The notes under the pieces were generated by a model that was given only the letters and a program-made list of their open reading frames with translations, did no database searches and had not been told where the DNA came from. Of a stretch of 64,000 bases of DNA, positions 19,746-32,534 are shown piece by piece. The stretch comes from an uncultured Acidobacteriota bacterium (GTDB lineage Bacteria > Acidobacteriota > Terriglobia > Terriglobales > Acidobacteriaceae), in the NCBI GenBank assembly GCA_963807095.1, contig CAWEAF010000005.1:13681-77680 (forward strand), written 5' to 3'. Positions within the stretch are counted from its first letter, which is position 1; each line of letters begins with the position of its first letter. Made by a program: the position numbers and the translations under genes.

Positions 19746-22114
19746 ATGAGACTAAACCTGCTCCCATCCAGTAGCTTCCGGACTTCTCTTTTTCTCGGCC
19801 TCTGCTGGCTTACCTGGATCGCGACACAGGCAACCGCCCAGCTGTGGGATGTTCCCTCGCTACCTCCAGTCAAGTACGCATCAGCTGCGGACGGTATAAC
19901 AGCCACGATCGGAAGCGAGAGCGTTCATATTTCCGTTTGCCGCTCCTCCGTCATTCATTTTGTTGCTTCGCCCGAGCCGCCCAACACGATTCGACAGAAC
20001 CAGCCATGGATGCTCGATTCAAAGGAGTCTTGCCCAGGCGCCAAGTTTCAGGTGTCACAAACTGCCGAGGCGGCGATCCTCACGACAGACAGTCTAAAGA
20101 TCGAACTCTCCCTGAAGTGGGGAAACGTGCAATTCGGCACCGTTAGCGGGCGAGGAATCTCTTGCGCGAGCGGAACTCGATTCCCCGCACCTACGAACCG
20201 GCTGAACTGAATGGAGAGAAGACATTTCACATTGAAGACAGATTTGCCCCGGATTTCTCGGAAGGCTTCTACGGTCTGGGCCAACACCAGAGCGGAATGT
20301 TCAACTACCGAGGCGCAACGGTCGAACTTGCGCAGAACAACACCGATGTCGCGATTCCTTTGCTGTTGTCGAGCAAAGGCTATGCCTTGATGTGGAACAC
20401 CGCGTCCCTGACGCATGTTGATAATCGCTTCCCGCTGGAACTGAATCTGGATTCACTTGCCGGCCATGCCATCGACTACTACTTCATTTACGGCCCAGAG
20501 ATGGATCAACTCATCCACGAGTATCGGAACCTTACCGGACATACCCCGATGCTGCCGAAGTGGTCGTATGGATTCTTCCAGTCGAAGGACCGGTATGTTT
20601 CGCAAGAAGAAGTTCTGGCAATCGCACATCGCTATCGTGAAGAGCACATACCGCTCGACGCAATCGTTCAGGACTGGTTCTGGTGGAAAGCGGAAGGCGA
20701 TCCGATCTTCAATTCGAATTTCCCTGATGTCCCGGGTGAACTCAAACAACTCCATGACGAACACGTCCATGCCATGCTTTCGGTTTGGGGGCTGTTTGAT
20801 TCGAAGTCTCAGAACTTCGCCGAGATGACGAAGCAACACCTGGATGTTCCCAACGCGCATGTTTACGACGCGACCAATCCGAAAGCGCGTGACTTCTATT
20901 GGAACAACCTTGCTGGCAAGCTCTTCTCTTTAGGTTGGGACGCATTCTGGCTCGACAGCGCGGAACCGGAAGAATATTGGCCCCACATGGGGGACGCTAT
21001 TTTGCGGGACAAGAAGATCTCGATCGGCAATGGTGCCGAGTACACAAACATCTTTCCGTTCCTGCACACGCTGGGTGTGCAGGAACACTGGAAAGCTTCC
21101 ACCGAACAGAAGCGGGTTTTTCTTCTCACGCGGTCTGCGTTCCTCGGCCAGCAGCGAGTTGGAGCGGCAGTCTGGTCCGGTGACGTCTACGGCTCATATT
21201 GGGGATTGCGGCATCAAGTTGCGGCAGGATTAAACTTCGCGCTCTCCGGATATCCGTATTGGACAACCGATATTGGCGGCTATTGGCCGCCGCATGACAA
21301 CCCTGTCGAGGACCCAAAATTCCAGGAGCTATATGCACGCTGGTTCGAGTACGGAACCTTTTGTCCGATTTTCCGCACTCACGGACACCGGCCCCAGAAT
21401 GAAATCTGGGCCTTCGATAAAGTCCAGCCTATTCTCATCAACTACGACAAGCTGCGCTACCGCCTCATGCCCTATATCTATTCCCTGGCATGGCGTGTGA
21501 CAAATGAGGACTACACGATCCAGCGGCCGCTCGTCATGGATTGGCGCACCGATGTCAGAGTTCGCGACATTGGTGATCAGTTCATGTTCGGTCCCGCCCT
21601 CCTCGTCAATCCTGTGCTGCAGCCAGACGCTACTCATAGGGCCTTGTATCTGCCGGACGCCCCAGCTTGGTACGACTTCTGGACGGGCGCTTCGACAAAC
21701 GGAAACCGCGAGATCGATGCTAACGCGCCTCTCGATCGCATTCCCCTCTACGTGCGTGCCGGTTCGATTCTTCCCCTCGGTCCGGGAATCGAGTACGCGG
21801 ACGAGAAGCCTGCGGGACCCATCGAGCTGCGGATCTATCCGGGATCTGATGGAGAATTCGACCTCTATCAGGACGCCGGCGACAATTACGACTACGAGCA
21901 CGGCGCGCACTCTCTTATTCCAATTCACTGGTCAGAGTCAACGCGGACTTTGACGATTGGAGATCGAGAAGGAACCTATCCCGGAATGCCTGCAAGCATT
22001 CATATCAACATTGCATTTGTATCTGCTCGGCACGGTTCCGGCATTGAACCCGTGGCCAACCCCGACAAAATGATTGAGTACACGGGAACGGCAATTTCAG
22101 TTCAGGAACGTTGA
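19746..22114 (+). pseudogene. GH31 alpha-glucosidase/alpha-xylosidase, single frameshift near 20160
   Basis: ATG 19746 plus a signal (MRLNLL..ATQATAQ). The N-domain is in ORF 19572..20210. The rest is in ORF 20162..22114: KWSYGFFQSKDRYVSQEEV, IPLDAIVQDWFWW, FWLDSAEPE, WSGDV, YWTTDIGGY. The junction reads ..TVSGRGIS|LRERNSIPRTYEP. Confidence 0.8.
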
Positions 22115-22171
22115 AAAGATGCGTGACTGCGTTCCCTGTAACAAGGCACATCTCAAATTAAGAGAGGATTG

Positions 22172-23239
22172 ATGATGAACAAATTGCTCTTCGTGATGGT
22201 GCTTGCATCCATGATCAGCCTGGTAGCTGCGGCACAGGTCCAGACCGATGTGCCTCCTGCAGTTCCCGGCGCAAAGCCGGTCGCGGTGGAACATATTAAG
22301 ATCCACGGGAAAGCCTTGGAGAACAATCTGGAGAAGGATGCCGTCGACCGGGACGTTTTTGTGTTCTTGCCGCCCAGCTATGCGAGGGACAAGCATCGCC
22401 GCTACCCGGTCGTCTACGCATTGCACGGGTATTCGATCGGCGCTGAGCAATGGAGCCATGAAATCCACGTGCCGCAGACCATCGAAGGTGCCTTTGCCCA
22501 GGGCGCGAAAGAGATGATCGTTGTACTGCCGGATTCAAAAACGCTGCACAATGGTTCGATGTATTCGAGTTCGGCGACCACCGGAGATTTCGAGCAGTTT
22601 ATTGCGCACGATGTGGTCGCCTACATCGATACTCACTACCGAACCATTCCCGAGCGGCGCAGTCGCGGCCTGGTGGGCCACTCCATGGGAGGCTACGGCG
22701 CCACGCGCATCGGCATGAAGCATTCCGACGTGTTCGGCAGCCTGTACATCATGAGTCCGTGCTGCTTGTCACCTCGCCCGGCCGGGCCGGCGAACGCTGA
22801 CCTCGAAAAGGCCCTGGCGGCGGTAAAGACGCCCGAGGATTCGGCCAAGTTGGGTTTCTTCCCTCGCGCCATGCTGGCCACCGCGGCCGCCTGGTCACCG
22901 GATCCAAAGAATCCGCCGCTTTATCTTGATCTGCCGACCAAGGACGGCCAACCTCAGGCGGATGTCCTCGCCAAGTGGACGGCCAACTCGCCCCTGGCCT
23001 TCATTGACCAGTACATCGACAATTTGCGCGTTTACCACGGCATCTCGATCGATGTGGGCGACCAGGATGGATTACGAGTCGATACCGCCAAGCTGCACGA
23101 TGTTCTCGACAAGTACGGCATAGCGAACAGCTTCGACCAGTACAAGGGAACTCATACCAGCGCGGTAGCTGACCGTTTTCAGAATCATGTGCTGCCGTTC
23201 TTCAGCCAGAATCTGTGCTTCAAGGCGAGTTGCATGTAG
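22172..23239 (+). CDS. Secreted esterase (putative-esterase/esterase D-like alpha/beta hydrolase, CE1-like)
   Basis: It has a signal MMNKLLFVMVLASMISLVAAAQ, then YPVVYALHGYS and the nucleophile elbow GLVGHSMGGYGA. Confidence 0.75.
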   Translation: MMNKLLFVMVLASMISLVAAAQVQTDVPPAVPGAKPVAVEHIKIHGKALENNLEKDAVDRDVFVFLPPSYARDKHRRYPVVYALHGYSIGAEQWSHEIHVPQTIEGAFAQGAKEMIVVLPDSKTLHNGSMYSSSATTGDFEQFIAHDVVAYIDTHYRTIPERRSRGLVGHSMGGYGATRIGMKHSDVFGSLYIMSPCCLSPRPAGPANADLEKALAAVKTPEDSAKLGFFPRAMLATAAAWSPDPKNPPLYLDLPTKDGQPQADVLAKWTANSPLAFIDQYIDNLRVYHGISIDVGDQDGLRVDTAKLHDVLDKYGIANSFDQYKGTHTSAVADRFQNHVLPFFSQNLCFKASCM

Positions 23240-23310
23240 TTGTGGGAATACGATCGATCGCGGCTATCAATGGCAGATGTCTTCACCAGTCCATCGAGTG
23301 CGGAGGTCCC

Positions 23311-24546
23311 GTGCGAATTCATACCTGTGCAATAGCGTTGCTCATTGCTACTCTTGCGATGCCACTGTACGCGCAGCGCCGTGTACCCAAAGACTTGAGC
23401 GGCGTCAGAGGATTCAACTACCAATCGGCGGAAAGTATGGGACACGCCGAACATTGGCTCCAGTACGATCCCGTCATAACCGAACGAGACTTGGACTATG
23501 CGAAGCGACTGCAATTGAATCAGGTCCGCGTGTTCGTCCCGTATGCGGCTTGGGAGCGAAATAAGGAGGCGTTGCGAAAGAACTTGCTCCATTTTGTACG
23601 TGCGGCGCACGACCGAGGTATCGGCGTTATGCCAACGATGCAGTACAGGTTCGAGGAATGGAAGGATAAGGCGGCCTGGCCCAATGGAAGAGCATTTGCT
23701 GCCGACGTAGTCGCAGCGATTGGCAAAGAACCTGGCCTCGAAATCTGGGACGTCGAGAACGAGCCGGAATGTTGTAAGCTGCCGCCTAGTCCAGATAACC
23801 GCCTGCACATGGAACACGCTGTGTACATGGCCAGGGTATTCCACGAACTTGATCCGGTAACACCGGTGACCATCGGTGCGACCTTTGCGGAAAACATGAT
23901 CGAAATGGGCGATGCCGTAGACGTACTCTCATTTCACAACTACAGCCCCACGCGTGCGGGGATTCGCGCCAGTATTGACACCGCTAAACAGTACGCAGCG
24001 AAAACGGGAAAACCGCTGATCAATAGCGAAATTGGATGCATCGCCCGTGCGAATCCATACGATGTCGCGATTCAGGAGCACATGCGAGCCCACGTCGGCT
24101 GGTACATCTGGGAGTTGATGATCACCGGCAATTGGGGAACGGTGCACGGCGTGTTCTATCCGGATGGCACGGTTCGCGATCCTTCCATCGTCGCCGCGTT
24201 ACTGGGGATGTTCCGCAATCGCGGGAAGGACGTCGTTGACGAGGTTCCTGACCGCGAGAACCATGTCACGGACGCGGTAGCGAAGAACAGGAAATGGCTG
24301 GCGGATACGAGCGCTGATTGGAAGAGCGGACTGGATTTAGCCGAGATCTCAGCAAACCTTCTGGAAGCTGCCCAATTGGTGCCCATGCACGATTTGCCCA
24401 GCAGGCAGGTGGAATTGTTGCGCAGCAGTCGTCCGGATGTGCCAGCGTTGCGGGCAGTGCTGGAGAAACTTACATCTACATTGGACCGTTACCGCCTCCC
24501 GGCCGGAGACCCGCGTCGTTCTCGGCCGCCAGGTTTCATTCGATGA
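23311..24546 (+). CDS. Secreted (beta/alpha)8 glycoside hydrolase, clan GH-A-like (GH5-like)
   Basis: GGAGG followed by GTG 23311. After the signal ..IALLIATLAMPLYAQ come VRGFNY, QLNQVRVF and WDVENEPE (acid/base NEP), then FHNYSP and INSEIG (nucleophile-like E). The family assignment is tentative. Confidence 0.5.
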   Translation: MRIHTCAIALLIATLAMPLYAQRRVPKDLSGVRGFNYQSAESMGHAEHWLQYDPVITERDLDYAKRLQLNQVRVFVPYAAWERNKEALRKNLLHFVRAAHDRGIGVMPTMQYRFEEWKDKAAWPNGRAFAADVVAAIGKEPGLEIWDVENEPECCKLPPSPDNRLHMEHAVYMARVFHELDPVTPVTIGATFAENMIEMGDAVDVLSFHNYSPTRAGIRASIDTAKQYAAKTGKPLINSEIGCIARANPYDVAIQEHMRAHVGWYIWELMITGNWGTVHGVFYPDGTVRDPSIVAALLGMFRNRGKDVVDEVPDRENHVTDAVAKNRKWLADTSADWKSGLDLAEISANLLEAAQLVPMHDLPSRQVELLRSSRPDVPALRAVLEKLTSTLDRYRLPAGDPRRSRPPGFIR

Positions 24547-24688
24547 ACTTGAAAAAATGTGAGGTTCGTGAGCATCTGATTCGCGCATCCGTACACATCG
24601 TTGCGTGTTGAAACTACTTGCGCTGCAAAGAGGTTCAGGAAGAGTTCCATAAATGCCGAAATGAACTCGAAAGGCAGATGGGAGAGAC

Positions 24689-27600
24689 ATGAAGACGAAG
24701 ATTAATCTTGCACTTACAGTAGCACTGGCGCTCACGTTGATCGGCGTCCCTTGGATGATGGGGCAAAAGAGCGGAACCAGTCCTAATGTTGGCCCATCCA
24801 GGCCGCAAGGTCCGTGTGACATCTACGCCGCCGCCGGCAATCCATGCGTGGCGGCCCACAGCACCACGCGCGCACTATACGCCGCGTACAACGGTCCGCT
24901 TTACCGGGTCCTGCGCCAATCGGACGGCAAGACTCTGGACATCGGCATCGTCCAGTCCACCGCATCGCCTGTTCCCGACGCTGGCGGCTACGCCGATGCG
25001 GATGCGCAGGACGCGTTTTGCGCCGACACCTACTGCTGGATCACCACGATTTACGACCAATCCCTCAAGCACAACGATTTAATACAGGCGCCCCGCGGCG
25101 GATTCAGCGGTCCGGCCATGGGAGGTTTCAACAACCTCCCGATCGCTGACATGGCACCCATTACGATCATGGGCCACAAAGCCTACGGTGTTTTCATCGC
25201 GCCCGGCATGGGTTTGCGTCAGAACGACCCAAAGGGCACCGCAGTTGACGACCAGGCGGAGGGGCAATACTGGGTGATCAACGGCCACCATTACAACTCC
25301 GGCTGCTGCTTCGACTACGGCAATGCTGAAATCGACAGCCGCGACGACGACAACGGCACTATGGAAACCACCTACTTCGGCAACGCTCCGTGGTGGTATC
25401 ACGGGAATCCCCCAGGCCCTTGGGTTATGACTGACCAGGAGAACAATCTGGTCGGCTGCGTTAATCCGGATGGATCCAAACTCTGCGTGAATCTGCCGAC
25501 TATCAAGTGGCGATTCGTGACAGCGATCGCCAAGGGCGAGCCGCATCACTGGACCTCCATGGGCGGCGATGCACAACGAGGCTCCTTGTCAGTCATGTTC
25601 GATGGACCGCGCGTCAACTCCACCTATGACCCGATGCGCAAACAGGGAGCCATACTCCTTGGAAATGGCGGCGATAACAGCAATGGCTCGCAAGGAACGT
25701 TCTACGAAGGCGCCATGACGGCCGCCGGCACCTTCCCGACCGACGCTACTGACCAACTGGTACAGGCCAACGTCGTGGCTGCGCGGTACGACGTCCCGCT
25801 GCTCACACTCGCTCCGGCGTCCGCACTCGCCAGTCCACCAGGCCTTCAGACGTTTTCACCGAGATCTTCGCAGGATGTTTCGCTGACCTTCACGAATACG
25901 ACGCGGGAGCCCGCGATAGGCCTACGCTTGAGCACTTCCCTACCCAACCCGCAGTGGAGCTCGGTTATTTCAGGCCTGACTGGGAATTCGAAGATGTTCG
26001 CAGACCCGGTCGGGCCGGGCGCCAGTGTGAGCGTCACCTTCAAGGTGACTTCGGGTGCAGCCGCGTTCAACGGAGATCTCGTAGCGAAAGCCTCGTGGAC
26101 CAACCAGCCGAGCGGCGCTAAACGATCTGAAACCACGCTCGAAAAGGTGCGAAACGTCAGTCCCGTGAAGATCAATGAGTTTCGGATCAGCTCCGGTCCT
26201 CCAACTAATTCAACGGACTCATTCATCGAGCTCTACAATGCAGGCACACGAAGTGTTGACATCTCTAACTGGACACTCACTGAACACCCGGCGCAACAGC
26301 CTGTTTTTTCGGTGGTGAAGATTCCCGCAGGGACGATGATGACTCCCGGCGGGTTCTATCTGCTCGGCCTCTCCAACTCCGGGTTGGCGGTTCCAGCGCA
26401 TGCGGGCGACAAAACCATTTATGTCCGAAATACGACTGGCCTCTCCGTTGGCAATTCGATCAGCATTGATTCAGGCATTAACGTTGAGACTCGCAAGATC
26501 GCACGCGTCGGGTCCGCGGCCAGCCACAGTGCGCTGCTTTGGCAACCCCTGCCGGAGGGCCCGGTTATTACAATTCGCGCCGGATCGAGTACTGTGCCGG
26601 TGACGAGCGTGTCCAACTTCGTGGTGGGTGAAAAGATTGCGATCGGCTACGGCGCTACCTACCCCACCGTCGCAAAAACCCTTGAGCGGTACGAGGTGGC
26701 AACGGTAACAGCGGTCGGCAAGCCAGGCACACAAGCCTACCTTGCGGCGGACGCGCCCGCGGGCGCGAGCAACATTAAGGTTACGTCCGTCGCCAACATC
26801 TCTGTGGGGGATAAGATCCGGCTCGACATCGACAGTGTCGGCCATGGAAGCGAGACCGTCACGGTCACGCGCGTTGGCACTGCGGCGAAACACACGGCGC
26901 TTGCGGCCGATGCGAGCGTCGGCGCGGCTAATATCAGAGTCCGTAACGTGAACGGCCTTGCTGTGGGCGACAAGATCACCGTTGGCACCCCCACGAACCA
27001 GGAGACGGTTTCCATCACCGCGGTTGGCACACCCGGTCACAACGGCACCGGTCTTGACTTTGCGCCAGCTGTCGTTCACGCCCATATCGACGGCGAAACT
27101 GTGGTGGAAGCGGGCATAGGACTCGATCTGGCCGCCCCGCTGAAGTTCAACCATGCGGCCAACCTTCCCTTCAGCGATCAGGGAACAGGGATCAGCTTCC
27201 AGCCGGCGACCGCCTTCGCTCACTCGAGCAACGAGCCTGTCCAGGCGCTGGGCACCGGCATCATGCTCGACAGCCCCTTAGCCAAACAGCACGCGATTAA
27301 CGCCGTTGTGCGTGACGCCGCAGTCACCACTGCGGGCTATCAAGGCGCCCCTGCGCCAAATCAGTGGTTCGGAGGCCCCGAGCTCACCACCACCGCCGAC
27401 CTGTTCGGCAGAGCGATTTCCGTACGAGAAGGCAGCATGGTGCTGCGCGACGCATCCGGGCTCGTTGTTGACAGCTTTAACTATGGAGGGCTCGTTGACC
27501 CATGGGCATCCGAGGGCTACCAAGCCAACTCCGGATTCGAACAGAGTGGCTGCTACGTGACTGCACCTGGCACGGCCAGCGGCTTTAGTTCGGCTGCCCC

Positions 27601-28153
27601 GGCGGGCGATACCAGCGCAGGCCGATTCCCGGATGGCCTCGACACAGACAGCAATTGTGCCGATTTCGTGACTGAGCCTGCCACCGCCCTGTCGGCATCG
27701 TCGACCGCTGGCGCAACTAATATCAAAGTCGCCAGCGTAGAAGGCTTTGGCGCCGGAGAAACCATTCGGATTGATTCGGGTGCGAACCTCGAGACGGCGG
27801 TCATCACGACGGTGGGCACGGCAGGGGCGAGTGCGGTAGGCATTGCCACCGACGTGGGCACCTCTGTCATCCCTGTCGCCAGCGTGACGGGCTTCAGAGA
27901 CGGCCAGACCATCACCATTGACAAAGGCACAAACTCCGAGACGGCGGTTATTGTCTCCATCAGGAGGTTCGGCGCCGCCACAATCACGGTCGCCGCGCCC
28001 CTCACACTCGCGCATGCCGCCGGCGCACAGGTTTCCGGCACCGGCCTCAGCCTCAGTACCGCGTTAACTCGGGAGCATACCAGCGGGGCGCCTGTCGCGG
28101 GCAGCGCCTCCACCCCCGGTGCTCCCAACCACTATTACAGGAGGCCTCATTGA
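24689..28153 (+). CDS. Large secreted protein: GH54-type alpha-L-arabinofuranosidase catalytic domain, a lamin-tail domain split by inserted repeats, and further repeats
   Basis: GPCDIYAAAGNPCVAAHSTTRALY.., CCFDYGNAE and GNGGDNSNGSQGTFYEG closely parallel the fungal AbfB (GH54) catalytic domain as I recall it. LTD half 1 is VKINEFRISSG..SFIELYNAG..VDISNWTL. LTD half 2 is MVLRDASGLVVDSFNYGG..GRFPDGLDTDSNCADF. Six copies of a ~40-70 aa unit with the core (V/A)G(D/E)xIxIDxGxNxETxxIxxVGT(A/P)G are present. Confidence 0.85.
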   Translation: MKTKINLALTVALALTLIGVPWMMGQKSGTSPNVGPSRPQGPCDIYAAAGNPCVAAHSTTRALYAAYNGPLYRVLRQSDGKTLDIGIVQSTASPVPDAGGYADADAQDAFCADTYCWITTIYDQSLKHNDLIQAPRGGFSGPAMGGFNNLPIADMAPITIMGHKAYGVFIAPGMGLRQNDPKGTAVDDQAEGQYWVINGHHYNSGCCFDYGNAEIDSRDDDNGTMETTYFGNAPWWYHGNPPGPWVMTDQENNLVGCVNPDGSKLCVNLPTIKWRFVTAIAKGEPHHWTSMGGDAQRGSLSVMFDGPRVNSTYDPMRKQGAILLGNGGDNSNGSQGTFYEGAMTAAGTFPTDATDQLVQANVVAARYDVPLLTLAPASALASPPGLQTFSPRSSQDVSLTFTNTTREPAIGLRLSTSLPNPQWSSVISGLTGNSKMFADPVGPGASVSVTFKVTSGAAAFNGDLVAKASWTNQPSGAKRSETTLEKVRNVSPVKINEFRISSGPPTNSTDSFIELYNAGTRSVDISNWTLTEHPAQQPVFSVVKIPAGTMMTPGGFYLLGLSNSGLAVPAHAGDKTIYVRNTTGLSVGNSISIDSGINVETRKIARVGSAASHSALLWQPLPEGPVITIRAGSSTVPVTSVSNFVVGEKIAIGYGATYPTVAKTLERYEVATVTAVGKPGTQAYLAADAPAGASNIKVTSVANISVGDKIRLDIDSVGHGSETVTVTRVGTAAKHTALAADASVGAANIRVRNVNGLAVGDKITVGTPTNQETVSITAVGTPGHNGTGLDFAPAVVHAHIDGETVVEAGIGLDLAAPLKFNHAANLPFSDQGTGISFQPATAFAHSSNEPVQALGTGIMLDSPLAKQHAINAVVRDAAVTTAGYQGAPAPNQWFGGPELTTTADLFGRAISVREGSMVLRDASGLVVDSFNYGGLVDPWASEGYQANSGFEQSGCYVTAPGTASGFSSAAPAGDTSAGRFPDGLDTDSNCADFVTEPATALSASSTAGATNIKVASVEGFGAGETIRIDSGANLETAVITTVGTAGASAVGIATDVGTSVIPVASVTGFRDGQTITIDKGTNSETAVIVSIRRFGAATITVAAPLTLAHAAGAQVSGTGLSLSTALTREHTSGAPVAGSASTPGAPNHYYRRPH

Positions 28154-28199
28154 ATTGTGACCAGGGAACCAGGAAAGCGGCTCGCGAGTGATCGTGAGT

Positions 28200-29903
<1,704 letters not shown>

Positions 29904-29997
29904 TCCAGCCCAGGCGCGAGGGTCAGGGCACCTTTTCCGCGGCTATCTGTATCCTCGGCTATCCATAGGTCTCGACACGCCGCAACGATACGAGAGC

Positions 29998-32144
29998 CTA
30001 CTGCGCGACGGGGAAACGGTAAATGTCGATGCTGATCGGCGCAACGGACAAAGTCGCCGGTGCTTCGCCGATCGCGCTTTCCTTCACTTCGACCTGTGGC
30101 GCCTGCCCAACGTGGTTGGCAGCATCGAGGTCCTTACCTGTCATACGCCACAACGTTGCGCCTCCGGTTAGGCGAGCGCCGCTGATGTTGAGATCGAATT
30201 TCTGCTCGGAGTCGGTCGCGTTCACGACGGCTAGCGTGAGGGTCTTGCGATCTGCGCTGAGTGCCGCCACCATGTCCAGGGGATATGTGGGACTGCCTGC
30301 GCTCGTTCGTGGGAGGTCGCCCACGATGTGCTGCGTGGGAACTGGTTGCGGCGAGTTGCCCGTAAGCGCAACCGGAACGGAGCCCGCGCCGAGGTGCTCG
30401 CCATAAAGTTTAAAGAGCAGCCCGTTGGTGTTGAGCGTTGCGGCGGTCTGGTTGAAATCCAGCGTGGAAACGCCCATGGTGAACGCCGTCATGTGTAAAA
30501 AGTCGGATTCACGGAGCATTTCGTTAAAGACCATTGCGTAAGCAAGGGCGAGTTTGAGGTTGGGCTGACCGCCTGTATAGGCGTATTCATCATTCGACAT
30601 GAAAATGTTCTTTGCCTTCATCTCGGGAAAGCGCCGCTCGTACTCCTGCCACTCCTCGCCTTTGAGGTGCACACGATCGGACGGACGGCGCACCCACTCG
30701 AGAACGGTCTCCTCGTCGGGGACGTAACCGGCCTCCAGGCGGCCCACCTTGATGCCTTTCTCAGCTCGCTCGCGGTCCCACCGTACACCCGCGCGAGTGT
30801 ACCAGTGCTCAGTGACGCCGTCGAAGTTGCCCCAGTCATGTTTGAGGAAACCGCAGGTCCAGTCTGCCTCGGAGCAGATGCCGGCCTGATCGAGAGGGAC
30901 GTGCCAGTCAGCGGCGACGCCCTCAATAATTGCTTCCTCGGGCATGGAGCCTGAGGCCAGCAGGGTGATCGAGGAGTCAGCGGCGCGCATCGCTTTGGCA
31001 AACTCATTGTGCTTGAGCAGGTAGTACTTCAGATCGGTGCGGCCGAGCTGCCACTGACCGTAGGGCTCGTTGCCGATGTTCCAGAACTTGACGTGATACG
31101 GTTCCGGATGTCCGTTCCGCGCCCGCATCGCGCCCATCGGCGTGCTGGTTGCGCCATTGATGTATTCGACTTCTTCGGCGGCGGAATGCGCGTCGCCGAA
31201 ACCGGCGTTCACGGTAATGTAAGGCTCGACACCAATCAGTTTGCAAAAGGTCATGAACTCATCCATGCCGACGTCGTTGGTCTGCATGGCGTTCCAGGCG
31301 TAATCGAAATCCGGCGGCCGCTGGTCGCGCGCCCCAACCGAGTGATACCAGTTGAAATCGGAAATGAAGTTCCCGCCGGGCAGCCGCCAAAAGCCGGAGT
31401 GCAACTGCTTCAGTAACGCAATGACTTCCGGGCGGAAGCCGTTTAGGTTGTCGGCAGGCATGAGGGAGACAGCTCCGATGTGGACATTACCCTTTCCAGT
31501 GCCAGTGATCTCGATCGCACCGGCGTCAGTGTCGGCTTCAGACGTAAAGGTGAAAGGCAGTTCTTTGTATGTCGTCGAGAGCGCGGGAAACATGACGGTC
31601 TTCCGGTCGCTCGCGCCCTGGCCCCACGCCAGTGAGAGCTTCACTTTTACGCCGGGTGTCGCGCGCAACCAGATGTGGCCGGTGTACTTTTTCCCCTTCA
31701 CGAGCGAAAAACCGGATTGGCGTATACCGTGCGGTGTGGAAGCGTCGAGTTCGATGCGTGGGCTCTGTTCGCCAACAAAGGGATGATCATTGTCCATTAC
31801 AATCGCTTCGGCCGGACCCATGGGGAGCCACTTTCGCAACTGCATATTGCGGAAGGGGCCGCCCTGCGCGGGTCCGGGCGCTGGGACTCCTCGGGCTTGA
31901 TTGCAAAGTAGAACTTGCGGTCATCAAGCATCTCGGACCACAGGCTGCGATAAATGAGCGCGCCGATATGTTCGATGAACATGCCATACTCGTAAGGCGA
32001 TACAGGCCGAGCAGACTGCTGAATATCGATTGTAATTTTTAGTTCCTGGGGTGCTTTGGCTGCGGTTTGCTGGCCCGCTCCGGTCTCAAGTGCGCCCGCC
32101 AACAAAAGCGCAGCCGCTGTAAGAATGGCAGTTCGATTCTTCAT
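29998..32144 (-). pseudogene. GH51 alpha-L-arabinofuranosidase, single frameshift near 31870-31885
   Basis: The N-terminal 115-aa ORF (31797..32144) holds the signal and YEYGMFIEHIG. The main ORF (29998..31845) has WRLPGGNFISDFNWYHSVG and WNIGNEPYGQW. The junction reads EESQ(A)PGPAQGGPFRNMQLRKW and lies in a C/G-rich run. Confidence 0.85.
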
Positions 32145-32534
32145 GCAAGCTCCTTCTCCTCTTCCATGGCCTCGGAGGCGTTAGCCGCCACCACCTAACT
32201 GGCGGCAGAGATCGGGTCTGTGGCTGCCCGCTCTCTCATCAGACAAAAACTGAGTTGAAACGTCTGCTCTTTTCCAAGGAGGCTTATCGTAGCTCATTGC
32301 GCGGCAAGAATAAAACCATTCATCGTGCTTGTCTGCCATGAGTCAGTTTTTGTATAGTCGAATGCCTTGGGTAACGCTGGCATCAAAGCTGACAGCGAAG
32401 CGGTGTCATCTCCATCCGTCCCCAACCGCAAGCAATTTGAGGCAGGCCCATTGAGCACGGGATTCATAAACAACCCTGCCGGACAGTACCAGAATTCAGA
32501 TTCAAAATGGATCAGATTCAAAATGGAGAAGACT

